Source of the DNA: Carcharhinus amblyrhynchos | Taxonomy: Eukaryota | DNA: 64,000 nt | Direction: 5' to 3' | NCBI GenBank assembly: GCA_965287045.1 | Contig: OZ336880.1 | Coordinates: 73,842,001-73,906,000, forward strand | Part shown: positions 12,211 through 25,700 of the stretch, in pieces | Numbering within the stretch: the first letter of the stretch is position 1 | Layout of the letters: the number at the start of each line of letters is the position of its first letter | The notes under the pieces: generated by a model | The model's input: the letters and a program-made list of their open reading frames with translations, nothing else | Database searches by the model: none | Told to the model about the DNA's origin: nothing | Made by a program: the position numbers and the translations under genes

Positions 12211-12527
12211 TCAAAACCTACCCCTTTAATCAATTTTTTGGCAGTTGTCCTAATATCTCATGTGTCTCGGTGTCAAATCTTTGATAGTGCTCTTGTCAAG
12301 TGCCTTGGGACAGTTTGAGATGTTAAGAATGCCATATAAATGTAAGTCATTGTTGTCAGCCCTAGTTTTTCTTCTCTCTGTTTGCTTGTCTCTTTCAAGA
12401 TTGAGGGAAAAGAGGAATTAGTTATAGTGCTCCATCCGTCATGATGTGGGGCAGGCTTGATGGAATAGTTGTGTGTTTCAAGTTTGTCAATTTGAAATAT
12501 TCAAAAACATTCACGCATGTAATTTAC

Positions 12528-12598
12528 CTGGAAAGATCTCTGGATAAACTAAGGCTTTAGGGCACAATGGGTAGCAACCGCAGTGAACTGCTTCCAAC
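12528..12598 (-). CDS. GTDC1: GTDC1/QTMAN coding exon (M)[23 protein letters not shown]
   Basis: Acceptor ttttattAG and donor GTaaat; 71 nt, phase 2 to 1. Matches recalled human [23 protein letters not shown]. Not listed in the ORF track. Confidence 0.95.
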
Positions 12599-13109
12599 CT
12601 AATAAAATAAAGCACTTCAACAAGTTATTATAAAAATTAGAACAGAAAACAAAAATACACAGTTAAAATTACATATTACAAGGAACTCTCTTTGCTCCCA
12701 GTGCTAAGAAATACAGCAGTGTGTAAAGTGATCAGTAAGGTCTTGCTGGCGTGCTTATCACACAAATCTGAGCACAATTGTTATCTTCACTCTCTTATTC
12801 TAGATTGAATTTGAAGTTTAAGATAGTTGCATTTTAGTTACACATGGATTGTGTTCAGGTACATGATCTGAAAACAAACTCTGCTTGTGTTTTTTGGTTA
12901 GGGAGAAGTGGTCAGTTACTGGTAGGAAACCAACTGTTCCTTAGCAGTAATGTGGCTATTTTGGTCGGTGCAACCTAACCTAGAGACAGGAGTCCTTGCA
13001 AACAGGAACTGCGGTCAGGTTCTGTATTGAAGTAATATATATTTGCACAACAATTGAAATACGAGTCAGAGACAGATCAAGAATTCAACTGTGGATAATA
13101 ATATACTTT

Positions 13110-13333
13110 GACAAAAGCAAAATGCTGCGGATGATGGAATCTGAAACATGAACGGAAGATGCTAGAAAATCTCAGCCGGTCAGACAGCATCTGTGGAGAG
13201 AGAACAGAGCCAATGTTCCAAGCCTGGATGATTCTTCGGGGCTCTCATGAAGAGTTATCCAGACTCAAAACATTGGCTCTATTCTCTCTCTACAGATACA
13301 GTTAGACCTGATGAGATTTTTCCAGCATTTTCT
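13110..13333. mobile_element. Penelope-like non-autonomous element with a long inverted repeat
   Basis: Arms 13155-13237 and 13249-13332 are imperfect reverse complements. The sequence family recurs at ~22730-22835 and ~53690-53750. Confidence 0.7.
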
Positions 13334-14052
13334 GAATATATTTTGACATACTGTGGTGATGTTGCCTTTTTGTATTTGTATCAGATTACCCAGATCCTGT
13401 TTCATAGTGATGCTCACAATGATCTGGAAATGATGGGTCACCCTGCTAAAATGTAATGTGTATTTGATCTTTCGTAGCGTATGCCCAAAATGTTAAGAAA
13501 ACAAATAGTTAAAATAAATATGATTCCCCACTTAGTTATCCTTCAGGAGATAAATTGGTATGCAAACACCAAAGAAATTCCCACAAACTCCCATCAGGAT
13601 TTTGTGAGCATGTCATGAATAGGATCTCCTAAATTATGCTTTGGAGTGTTTTGCTCTATAACTCCGTAAATATGAATGTAACCTGCATACCATTTGCCCT
13701 TTGTTGTTTGGCCTGATGCATGTAAATGTTAACAGCAGCTGTCAAGGGCATTCAGCACTACCTGGTACAACTTACTTTCTTGATGGGAGAGACCATAGCT
13801 CACAAACGACAATATTCTGCTACAGACAGCTAGACCGTGAACTTAGCAGGGAGTGCCTTGATTCTGACCTGTGGCATTGCTTCTCATTAATCTCTCATCG
13901 AGTACCTTCAACAATTAAGACCTAGGACCCAAATGGCATGACACCAACAAGGCTGAAACGATAAGCAAGGATGACGAGATAAATCAAGTAAAACGGTGCT
14001 GAGCTTGGGTTTTAAAAACCCATGGATTGAGGAAGGTGGACGATAAAATTTG

Positions 14053-14420
14053 TATTTATTTGTATAGCAACTTCATAACCTCAAGATGCCCCAATGCACT
14101 TTACAGCTAATGAAGTACTTTTAAAGTGTAGCAACTGTTGTAATGCATGAAATGCAGCAGACAATTTGCATAGGGCAAAATCCTACAAATAGCAGAATAC
14201 AGATAATGTGATTCAATGATGTTGGTTGAGCAATAAATAGCAGCCAGAACATCATGGAAAACTCCTCTGCAACTCTTTGAATTTTGCTATGGGGGTTTCT
14301 TCATCAATCTGAAAGAACAAACAGAGCCACCTTTTAACATCTCATCCGAAAACAGGTCATTGACAATGCAGTACTAAGATGGTGGCAGTCCACAATATGT
14401 ATTTGAGTCTCTGGGTAGGG
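14053..14420 (-). mobile_element. Old tRNA-type SINE with L2-like tail
   Basis: tttgtatagcaacttcataacctcaagatgccccaatgcactttacagctaatgaagtact...catctcatccgaaa; same family as 1500-1760 and 44960-45300. Confidence 0.6.
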
Positions 14421-16053
14421 AAAGAATAACAGGCTACCTGAGCTCCAGAAACAGACTGCTGTCCTTGTAATTATTGTTCTTGTTTTGCATTATGTAAAAA
14501 CATTGCACAATATTACTGCATCACAGTAAATACATATTTGACTAGTCATTATTAACCTTGAAGTCACTATGTCTGCTATTTCATCAGGAACATTAACCCA
14601 TTTATTTTGCCTGCTAAAGTAATGGCGAAGAATTTCAAATAAATCCATCTTCAATCTTTTATTACTCAGCATAACTTCATGACCGCAGTGAATCCGTAAT
14701 GGTTCAATGTATGTGCAGCAGACTTGTTTGATACTGCAGTACTTATTTGATAATTCAGCCATAGTGTTGAAGTGCCTCCAAGAAAGGCATGGATTATAAC
14801 TTCAGTAGAAATCTTGCAAGCTAAAATCCTTCCACTTCAATGCACTGTTGGCCTCTCAACATTGGGTCTTGAACAGAAATTCAGGTTCACTCAATTTCTC
14901 TGCTCAACCTTCAAAATTCCCCAGTTATTCTTCATTTAACTGGGTCAGACAGTTTCTCAAGCTCCCACTGTGGCTCCCAATCTTGTGTATTCCTCACTTC
15001 TCTACTGCTGTTTCTTGGCTTAGTTGCCTCAACTGTACTGACTGCATGGATTTACCTTTTACTGTCCTCAGCCTCACTGCTCTCTCAGTAAGACTCATTA
15101 TTGCTTTTCTAATATACTGGACCTGTTGATGTGTATTGCTAGTCCTGAGGTCACCGCTCACATCTGCTGGACTTCTGGATCAACATTTACTGGCATACAG
15201 TTGACTCTCTCAATGCCTTTGCAACTCTCCACTGCAAGAGTGCATCCCCTGAAACTCTGCCCCTCGAACAGATCCCAAATTCATCAGCGTTCTATAACTG
15301 TCTCTGAACCAGGAGATTTGCTTGTTGGTTCTCCAAGCTCTCACAACCCAATCTATGAATCAACTTTTTTCAACTGCAGAGCTCTTTCATATTCTTTACA
15401 ACCAGGCTTTGTTTCTCCATCATGTACGTGTAACCTGAATTCCTTATATGGTCATTTCCATGTGTATTTTGGCTGCTGTGCCAGACCATCACCTGTTAAT
15501 ATTACTCAATTGTGGCACTGTCATTTGTCTCCTCTAAGGTTCTTTGTCCCACACCACCCCTCACTCTCCACCCTCCCTCCCAAATCTTACGTCAGCTCAT
15601 TAAGATTCAACCATTATCTCAAGTTTGAATGTTCTTTGATAAGTCCATAGCTGCCTGCCCTGTGCCTGTCGTAGTGTTCTTCTTGAGACACACAGAGGCA
15701 TCTGTTGCTACTGCCTTACAAGCACAAATTCCCAACTACCCAGCCTCCTCTCAGTGACCTTTCCAGTTGATGCATAGGGGCTCATCTTGCCAACTCCCAC
15801 CCCACTCTCTCACAGACTTTTACATGCAACTAATTTAATGGTATTTTTAAGCTGCATTTGGAGAGACAGGAAAGTCATCCCTAACTTCTCTCACCCACAA
15901 AAGTTGGGGGGGAGAGAATAGGAGATAGTTCCTTTATTTCCAAAATCCAAGAAATCACATATTTTCCTTGATGCTAGCAATTCTAGCTAATTGAGGATAA
16001 TCATTTCATTGCAGAGAGTCAATTAAAAAACAGCAGATATAGACATGCAGAAC

Positions 16054-16350
16054 TAAAGTTTATTTATTAATCACAAGTAGGCTTACATTCACACTGAAAT
16101 GAAGTTATTGTGAAAATCCCATGTTGCCACACTCCAGCGCTTGTCTGGGTTTACTGAGGGAAAATTTAGCCTGGCTAACGCACCTAACCAGCACATCTTT
16201 GGAGTATGGGAGGAAACTGAAGCACCTGGAGGAAACCCACATAGACACAGGGAGAATGTGCAAACTCCACACAGTGACCCAAACCAGGAATCGAACCCGG
16301 GTCCCTGGCGCTGTGAGGCAGCAGTGTTAACCATTGTGCCACCGTGCTGC
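16054..16350 (-). mobile_element. V-SINE (HE1-like), tail type A
   Basis: tRNA-like head with B-box ggttcgattc, a V-domain and an aataaataaacttt tail. Confidence 0.85.
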
Positions 16351-16849
16351 TTTCCTAGCCTATCTATCTGCTGCCTATCTACCTGACTCTAGCTCTTAAG
16401 TGTTAATTGTGGCACTCAAAATTAAAACAGTGTTGGGCTGAGAAGATATCAACCCACTAGACATTTGGAAATTGTTATTAATGATTGACTGTAGCACCAG
16501 TATTTCATCTTACACTCTTGTGAGTGCTAGTGTGACTTTACTAGGCTGCCCCACCTGCATTGGTAATATTATAATTACTCCATCAGTGATCCTCTGGATT
16601 CCTCAAAATTCGTTATTGAGGATAACTGCGTCTATACATGCCGTGGCACTCCGTACTGAGGGAATTAGAATAATCCGTCTGTGTGTCCCATTTACTTTGG
16701 TTGCATTAACTTCAATGCATTTACTGTCATGAATCTACCAATCCACAGGAGGATTGGACTCACTTCAAAAATGTATTATGATAATGTGATGTTATGCTAT
16801 TCCATGAAGAAATAAAAAAGATAAGAAACTTACTGAATAGAGTATAACT

Positions 16850-17750
16850 GGCAAATTAATTTTGATACAAGTGTGAAGTGGTGCTTTTAGATTGGAAAAA
16901 CAAAGAGATCAGTGATTGAGATTAACGGGGTACAGGAGAAAAGAAATCAAGTGGTGCATATTTGTAAATCATGCAAAGTACTGAGGTAGATCAATAAAGC
17001 TATAAAAAAGTAAACCAAGCACTGGATTCAATCCTAGAAGGGTAGAATTGAAAAGCAAAGAAGCCATATCCAACTTGTACTGAACCTTGGTTAGGCCACA
17101 GTTCTTGTCTCCATATTAGCAAGAAGAAATCAAAGCATTGCAGAACATGCGAAGATTCATAAGAATGATAGCAGAACTTACAGAAAAGGCTGAACAGGTT
17201 GGGACTCTTATTCTAGAGAAGGAGAGTACTAAGGGTATAGTGGCAAAATGGTTAGGACTGATGCTTCACAGTGCCAGGGAGCCAGGTTCGATTCCCAGCT
17301 TGGGTCACTGTCTGTGCGGGGTCTGCACATTCGCCACATCTCTGCGTGGGTTTCCTCCTCTGGTTTCCTCCCACAGTCCAAAAGATATGCTGGTTAGGTG
17401 CATTGGTCATGCTAAAGTTCTTCCAAAATATAAGTATACCCAATCAGGTGCCAAAGTGTGGCGACTAAGAGATTTCACAGTAACTTCATTGCAGTGTTAA
17501 TATAAGCCTACTTGTGACTAATAAATGAACTTTAGCTTTACTTTTTACTTGAGAGAGGTCTTTAAAAAAGGATTTGATAGGATAGATGCAGAGAAAACAC
17601 AATAAGGCTGTAGTCTTAAATTAGACTACATGAGATAGTAATAAATCCAATAGTGATTTAGGAGAAACTTTTTCACCCAATAATTAGAATATGGAATGTG
17701 TTACCGCACAATGCAATTGAGATCAACAGAAAGGGTGCATTTAAGGAGGC
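16850..17750 (+). mobile_element. Degenerate CR1 ORF2 3' fragment interrupted by a V-SINE
   Basis: aacttgtactgaaccttggttaggccaca (LY.TLVRP) and ggagaaactttttcacccaa motifs. Confidence 0.6.
17233..17545 (+). mobile_element. V-SINE (HE1-like), tail type A
   Basis: Head with B-box ggttcgattcc, a V-domain and tail ttcacagtaacttcattgcagtgttaat. Confidence 0.85.
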
Positions 17751-17754
17751 TAAT

Positions 17755-18295
17755 CACAGAATAGCTCCTGCACAGAGGGAGACTATTCCATTCATCCTTC
17801 ACCCTGTGCATTGTTCCTTTTCAGATAAGAATCCAATTGCCTCAGGAATGCCACAATGAATCTGCCTCCACCAGCCTCTCAGACAGCCATTCTGGACCTT
17901 AACCACGAGCTGAGCGAAAAAGTCTTTCTTCCTGCCTCTGTCGCTTCTTTGATCAATTAAATCTGTGCCCTTTCATCCTCAATGCTTCCACCAATTCCCT
18001 ATTTGAATATCTCTATCAAATCACCTTTCAATCTTCTCCAAGGAAAATGGTCCCAACTTCTCCAATCTATCTACGTGACTAGTTTCTCATCCCTTCCATT
18101 CCATAAGCTGTAGCTTTGCTCGCAGGTTTGTCATATGTTACTGTGTTAAATTCCTTTTGCAAGTCCATGTACATCACATCAACAACATCATCCTGATCAA
18201 ACCTCCCTGTTATCTCTTCAAAAAAACTCTAGCAGGTTAGTTAAACATGATTTATTGTGACAAATCCATGCTAGCTTTCCTTAATTAACTGCATT
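17755..18295 (-). mobile_element. Degenerate CR1 fragments
   Basis: ctgcctccacca...aaatctgtgccc...ctctatcaaatcacc and gttagttaaacatgatt...aaatccatgc are reverse-strand CR1 ORF2 motifs. Confidence 0.55.
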
Positions 18296-18814
18296 TACAG
18301 TTAGCAGGGAGAAATGAATAGAGGGATATGATGATGGTGCTAGATGAAGAGGGGTGGGAGATTTGTGTCGAGCAAAACACTGGCAATGGAACAGGTGGAC
18401 CAAATTGATTCTTGCTGTGTTGTAAGCCCAATGCAATAGTTTGATAATATTTGATATATTCCACAGGAATCATCTGGGTTTGAGGGAGCAGGTACAATAC
18501 TTGTATTGGGAAACTACAGACACACCTTTTTGACCTTTTTTTAAAACGGACTTTGTCCTTCTGCTCAGAGAGACAGAAATGTAAAACTGAAGGGAATGTC
18601 ACTCAGTTGATTAGTTCACACTTTTTACTCTATTATTTATTCAGACAGATGCTGGTTGACAAACAAGCTTCAAATTATTTGGGATTCAATAAACTGAAGG
18701 TAAATATTACTGTATACAACACAGACATTCCAAGTCAATTGCTACATCAAATGGCTCCTTGCCTTTTTATATTTTGTAAAATAAGAACACTGCTGCCTGT
18801 GTACTTATTTGCAC

Positions 18815-19265
18815 CAAAACCCATCTACCTATCACTCCTGTGGTTCACTGACCCACACTGGTTCCTTGTTAAGCATTGCTTCGATTTTAAAATTCTCATC
18901 CTTCTTTTCAAATCCCTCCATTGCTCATCCCTTCCTATCACTATAATCTCCTGCAGCTCCACAACGTTTCATGACAAATGCATTCCTTTAATTCTGATCT
19001 CCTGAGAATCATTCACTTTAATTGCTCGACCACTGATGACTGATGGTACATTCAGTTGCCTAGGTGCTAAGCTCTGGAATTCCCTCCCTGAACCTTTCCG
19101 CCTCACTTACCTTGCTTTCCCCCTTTCGCTACATTCCTTAAAATATACCTCTTTGACCGAGCTTTTGGTCATTTGCTTAACTCCATGAGGCTCAGTGCCA
19201 TCTTTTGTTTTATAATCCCCCACTGAAACATCTTGGAATGTTTAATAACTTTAAAGGTGTAATAA
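18815..19265 (+). mobile_element. L2 LINE 3' end
   Basis: HW..VKHCFDFKILILLFKSLH and ctctggaattccctccct...aaaatatacctctttgacc. Confidence 0.7.
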
Positions 19266-19422
19266 AAATCAAAGTTACTTTAATTGTAAGATGGTGTTCC
19301 ACTTACTCATACCTATCTCCACCAGTTACATCTTCAGGATAAGTATACAATCGTAAAAATAACATTTACATAGAGTTACAGGTCCAAAAAGAAGTAGCTG
19401 AATTTATATGGCTTGTCCAATA

Positions 19423-19512
19423 GGGGATTTTCACAGTAATTTCACTGCAGTGTTAATGTAAGCCTACTTGTGACAATAATGAATAAACTTTAAAATTAAG
19501 TTTTAAAGTTTA
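19423..19512 (+). mobile_element. Isolated V-SINE type-A 3' tail
   Basis: ggggattttcacagtaatttcactgcagtgttaatgtaagcctacttgtgacaataatgaataaactttaaa. Confidence 0.75.
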
Positions 19513-19989
19513 AGATCCGTGAGAGTGAATAAAAGGTGCATTGCAAATCACAACAAATTCACATGGTTTAGAACTGTCATTTGAAATCTTAGATTGGAAC
19601 ACTATCTTGTTTCACTCCAGGGTGACTATCCAATTGATGCTGTGCATTCTGTGAAGTGATTTTAGTCAATCTTTGGCTTTACTGTAATGCTCACAAAGGC
19701 TGCTGTATGTTGCAGAGTTGATGTGTCAATGGCATGTGAAAATTGCAACATCAAAGAATTAAAAACTACATCACACATGATCTATCTTTCATTTAATGGA
19801 ATGTGCATTGAACCCAGTTTGCAATAGGAAACTTGAAATGAAGTCTCAAGTTCCAAATAGGTAATTTGAATTTGATTCAGTATTTACAAACTAATGATGA
19901 ACCATAAATCATTTGAGATCATCTCCCTAAACTAAGAAGCACCAATAAAGAAAGCATCATGTCAAAGGCCGAACTCAATAATCCCTCAA

Positions 19990-20305
19990 ATAATGGATCA
20001 GATCAGAGCTCTGCAATCTTGCCACATTAAGCTGTGAATAGTGGTTGACAATTAAACAAATAACTGGACGAGGAGGCTTCACAAACATTCCCATCCTCAA
20101 TGATGGGGAAGCCAGCAAGTGAGTTCAAAAGACAAGGCTGAAGCATTGCCAAAAATCTTTAGGAGGAGTTTCAGGTCAATGACTCAGCTCAGCCTCCTCC
20201 TGAGATCTCCAGCATTACTGATACCATTCATCAGCCATTCATCTAACATCAACATCTTAAGAGTCACCAATAACAAGCAACTTAACTGGACAAACCATGT
20301 AAGTA
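19990..20305 (+). mobile_element. Internal fragments of a CR1/L2-group LINE, probably the same family as 54150-55435
   Basis: Translates to TIKQITGRGGFTNIPILNDG...SSKDKAEAL and NILRVTNNKQLNWTNHV. Confidence 0.55.
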
Positions 20306-20309
20306 CAGC

Positions 20310-20870
20310 TATTTCTTTTTGGATCCTAGGATCCAAGCCATCAGAGCCAGGGGAATTATCTGCCTCATTAGTTTGTCTAATATTACCTCTCTAGTTATGT
20401 TGATGCTACTTAATTCCTCCCCTGTACTCTTTAGCATTACTAGGATGTTTGAAGTATCATCATCTGTAAAGACCGATGCAAAATATCTGTTTAATTCCTC
20501 TGCTATTTCTTTGTTCCCCATAACAATCACTTCAGATTCATTTTATAAGCAGCCTATGTTGACTTTGTGCTCTCTCACCATTTTTATATATTCAAAGAAG
20601 CTCTTATTGTCAGTTTTTATATTGCTTACCCAAGTAATTTATTTTCTTTCTATCATTGTTTTAATCCTCCCTTGCTGGACTCTAAATGTATCCCAGTCTT
20701 CAGGGTTATCACTGACTTTTGCCTCCTAATATGCATTTTCTTTCAATATAGTACTGTCCTTAACTTCCTTGGTTAGCCATGATTGGCTGATGCCTCTGTT
20801 AGAATCTTTCCCCCTTCCTGGGATATATTTTTGCTGTGAGTCACAAATTATCTGCTTGAATGTATTGATC
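20310..20870 (-). mobile_element. CR1 ORF2 internal fragment
   Basis: MGNKEIAEELNRYFASVFT...INITREVILDKL. Confidence 0.8.
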
Positions 20871-21149
20871 CTACCATTTAATGGCGTGTCAAGTTAGTCT
20901 CAATATCTGTGAACTGTTATTCTAACATTTTTAATTGTTTTCTAATTTCAGTAAATCTTGGTTGGACTAGTATCTCAATTCCAGATTAATGAAAGCACAT
21001 TTGTAATTTCAGATAACTCCATCTGCATGACAGATTATGCAACAGGTGACTACTTTTTTTTTTAAGGACAGGGTTTTAAGTATCTTGTTGCATTTTAGAG
21101 ACCAAAATCAAGACTTTGCTTGGAATTGTGGAGTCAGGAGGCACAAATG

Positions 21150-21740
21150 CATCTCACAAAGGACTAGGCAACATCCAAATCGACAGTTTCTATCGAATAA
21201 TGGAAAAATCCAGTGAAAAGTTACATGCTAATTTGGGTTAATGGCCAAGAGTTGGTGAGCAGCCTTTGCGAAGCTCCGCAAAAGTTCCCAAACCCCAGGA
21301 AATAAAGCGACCTGTCTCCTCAACTAAGAGTCCATGCATTGTGCCTCCAGATGCATTGATTGTCAAAATGGCACTGGCCTTAAGAATGACTTAAATGTGG
21401 CAAATGTAAGAGTGCCATTGACTTTATGGGGATGATGCTTTGATAATTACCACCAAGCTGCTTTTGGCAAAGGATAATGATGGAATGGCACAGAAATCCT
21501 AGAAAATGATGATCTCACATGAATGATGGCTTAAGTCTTCATGCCATAATTTCCCAGAACCTTATGCTGCAATAATGGAACTCGGCATATTTGCACCTCC
21601 AGCAAGTTCTGGGTCAATGTTTTAAGTAACAGATATTTTGCATAACCACAGGATTTGTTGGATTTTACATCCAACACTTGTGATGAAACCCATCCTATTC
21701 CTTCTGATTGCATTTTGCGCCTGTAAGCTAACTCTTATTG
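21150..21740 (-). mobile_element. Highly decayed RTE-like LINE fragment
   Basis: Minus-strand tttcatcacaagtgttggatgtaaaatccaacaaatcctgtgg resembles the RTE C-terminal FH..C.R.IL.I.W motif. Confidence 0.35.
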
Positions 21741-22509
21741 ACTGGTGTACCTGGCTGCCTAAATCTGTTTTTTAAGCTACCAGCTCTCCTACCAGTATTT
21801 CACCATTTAATCTGTATTTCCATCTGCCATTCTCAAATTGAAAGCTCACCATCTCACACTTCATTACTTTAAACTGCATCTGTCATCACTCCACTCATTC
21901 AATCAACATCCTTGTGTAATTTTCAGCTCCATTCTTTACTATTCTAAGAACCATCTTGCTTAGTGCCACTGCAAACTTGAGGGAAAAAACCCTCTTTTCC
22001 TAAGTCGAGATCAGTTGTGCGCAGAATAGAAAAAAACGCATCATTTAGAAAACAAAATAGTCATGAATTTAAAGCAACAAAAGAATCTCAGAGAATTTGT
22101 AATGAATTGCAACAAATCCTGCAAGAATACCAACTCCCAATTTTTATATTCTGCGCTCATTAAAAACCTTAGCATTGACAGGTCTGTAGCTCTAGCACAT
22201 CTTTCACCAATGCACCTGGGAAATACCCATCTACTGTTACCAAACCAAGCTACTTTAAGCCCTTTGGCTTAACGTGCATCCTTACTGACCAGAACGTCAT
22301 GTATATGTGTGGATTTGTATTTTGAAATAAGCGGATACCTGAGACTTTATTATTACCATGCTGTCGGGAAAATAATTAATTATTGATAAAAAAATAAAAA
22401 CTAAGCCCTCGCACTAAAATTCTATAAAACTATATTTAATCCCATATTCATAGAGCTAATACTAAACTGTGCTAGATAACAATTGGCAATAGTTATTTTT
22501 CATCCCACA

Positions 22510-22720
22510 ATTTCTCCTCCTTTCTTGATGGTGTCAAATTTTTGCCAGGGGTCAGCATCGACAGACACTAGATGCCCTCCAATATCTTCCCTAGGCAACT
22601 GTTATTGACTTGTACCTCGACACGGAATACCAATAGTATTTTCAATTGCAGGCAGGGACTTTGCAGACCAGCCCAGCTCAATTCCTTCCTTAACAATTCT
22701 CATGCACTGACTCTTTCGAA
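22510..22720 (-). mobile_element. Deu-domain SINE (AmnSINE1/SacSINE1-like) relic
   Basis: ctcctcctttcttgatggtgtca...gccctccaatatcttccc aligns loosely to 44490-44700. Confidence 0.4.
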
Positions 22721-25700
22721 GAAGACTACAAAACAGTAATGCAAATGCTGAGAAACAGAAACAGGGAATAGTAGAAATACTTTGCGATACACATCTGTGG
22801 ACCGAGAAACAGAGTTAATGTTTCGGGCTGATGACTATTTAAAGGGCAGTGATCTGCAATGTCAGGGTGGATCTTCATGGCATTGGGCCAGCTTTGGAGG
22901 CTGTTTAAAATGGTGGTGGTGGTGAGGGGTCTATGTGCAAAAGTTCTGTCCTGTTTCCAATAGGTCCAATTTTTGCTGGTAACGGAATGGGGGCAAGGCG
23001 AGGCTTACTGAATCATCCAGGCACAACACCCTAACTCAACGGGGCAAACTGAAATTCCCACTGAGTTGAAACAAACTATTCTTTTTGCTGGTCCAAGGCC
23101 TTAACCCAAGGTGTGGTAGTCAAGAATTAATGAAAGAAGTGTAAGCACTCTTGAAGGAAAGATCCGTCTGTTTAAGGGTCATGATCTGAAGTTATTTACA
23201 TCTTCAGCCCTTTGGGAAAAAACCGTCTTAGTTGTCAGTTAGAGCAAACAAGACATCCACTGCTGGAGTACACTGATTGACTGGCCAACTTGCGTGGCTT
23301 AAAAAAATCCATTAGCCATCAGTATCTACAGTTTCAATAGACTTCTTTGTAGATATTTCCCAAGAGCAATTATTACAGCTGAAACCATTATGAATGCATG
23401 GGTGAATTTCAAAAGCTCCAAACTCACTACAGAATCAGAGTTTTACAGTACACCAAGAAGTCCTTCAATCGTGTTTGCGCCAGCCATCAAACACCTATCT
23501 ATTTCAATCCCTTTTCTAGCACTTTGATCCTAACCTTGTACGTGACAGCATTTCAAGTGTTCATCTAAAGGCTTCTTAAATGTTGTGAGGGGAAGCTGAG
23601 TTCACATTTTGACTGAGAGTTTTAAGCGGCTATATGAGGATGAGCAGCCTTTGAAGTGGTTAGTGAATACACACTTTTACAACATGTCTACTACTTCAGG
23701 GGATTTTAAACTTTTGAATGAGGTTCATGAATCAGTTTTTGTTTAATATCAAACATGAGTGAGAGGGATCTCAAATTATTTGAAGCAGCGAAAGAGATAA
23801 CTAGTCAGATGCCACACTATACCAATGCAGTGCTTTGCCAAATTGTCCAGATAGTATTTTTTTACTTTACTCAATTAAAATTGATGCGTTACACATTCTA
23901 AAAATGTTGAGTTATTGGACAATTGTGTTTTTCGGACAACTGAATTTGAAATACTGCTTTCAAAGGGGAACTGGATAAATCCCTAAAGGAGAAAACATTG
24001 TATTGATAAGGGAAAAGAATAAGGGGAGTGAGACCAACTGGATGGCCCTACAAAAGATTCATCAGGTCCTTCTGATCTGTACTATCCTATGACTCTATGA
24101 CAGAGGTATATTTTCTTAAAACAACATAGCATAGCTCTATTCCTATTCTAAACTGTAGTACGATACATTATATGACAAAACAAAGGTAGTCATAGAAATA
24201 AATGCAAAACATGTAATTAAACTAAGTACCAAAATGTTGTAAAAACGAGTGCATTGCCTTATTGTGCTGCCTAATCCTTAAATCATCATAACACTGGGTG
24301 AAACCAATTATTTATTTCTTTGTACAATTACCCATGTTGTTTATCTGCAAACGATTGTTTTGATTTTTTCTTCCCTCTTAGTTATGATGACATTACCATA
24401 ATCAACCAACACTGAATGTGCAATCTAACCATGGGTGCTACATTGTGCAACTGTACGTAACCTGTTGCAAATGGTAGTGTAGGACTAATTACATTAGGAT
24501 TGAGATCACCTGTCTCAGTTAGGGGGGGTGCTAAACAAAACTTATTTCGGATTTTTACAGGGTATAAGCAGCAGGATGCCATGTGCCATCGTTGTTTGGA
24601 ATAACTTTGTCACAACAGTGGAATTAAATGCAGAGAAAAACTCAGTACTGAACTCATAAATGTTAGAACAGCGTACCTATCAGAATTACTAAACTAATCA
24701 GAAAATGGTACTTTATAACATACATGTTTTAACATACATAAAGGGTGATGTTACAATTCGGAAAATAGGACAGTAGCAGACCAGTCATCCCTTTATCCAT
24801 ATTGAACTAAATAATTTTTTGGGAGAGAGTTCCAGATTTCCATTATAATTTGAGTGAAAATGTACTTCCCTTATTTACCCCTGAATGGCCTTCCTCTGAT
24901 TTTTGGGCTATGCCCTTGCGGTTCTGGACTCTTTTTCACCAGAGAAAATAATTTCTCCCTATCTAGGCTATCAAGTCCTTCAATCATTTTGAACACCTCT
25001 ATTTTAACACCAATCATCTATACTCAAGGGAATACAAATCTAGTCTAGTTCTATGTCCTCATTTTAGCTCAGGTATCTTTCTGATGTCAAAATAAACTTC
25101 TTTAAATGGTTTGCAAAAACTTTATGAAGATCCATGGAAGCTATATATATTGCAAGCTGCACTCAGTAACCACACCCATCATGTTCGGAACATAGGGGCT
25201 TTAAAATTATGGCAGTGTGTCCTACACTGGACTGTCGCAATAGCAATGCCTGTCACATCTTTGCGATAGGCAGTAGAGAAGGGATAAAGTGCCTGCAGAG
25301 GTAGTAGGATTGTTGTTCTGGGGGTTTTGGGGTTTGGAAGCTAATTCAAGATCAGCCCACCACCTCAGGAAACTGTTTGCAAGCAGCCAAAGGAACTGCT
25401 GGATGTTTAAATGACCCACCTTGATGCTCCGAGACATTGTAACAGTTACAGCTAAATCAATTAAACTGCCCTCCAATGCTCTACATTCCCCATGCTCCAT
25501 CCATGCCAACCTATGACCCCCATCCACCTCTCCCATAGCTGCTCATGCTGTCCATGTCAACCTTTGCACACCGTCCATTGATGAAGAATTCCATCTGGGT
25601 AGGCCATTGCCTGTTACGAAGGGAACCCATATTCAAAGAGCCTCACAGGAAAATCAATTAGCGATTCCCTGTGGAACTCACAGGGGCTATCACAGTTCTC

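Noticed and set aside
15126-15650. 174-aa ORF
   Set aside because: Ser/Pro-rich with no recognisable domain or splice context. It is probably decayed transposon sequence.
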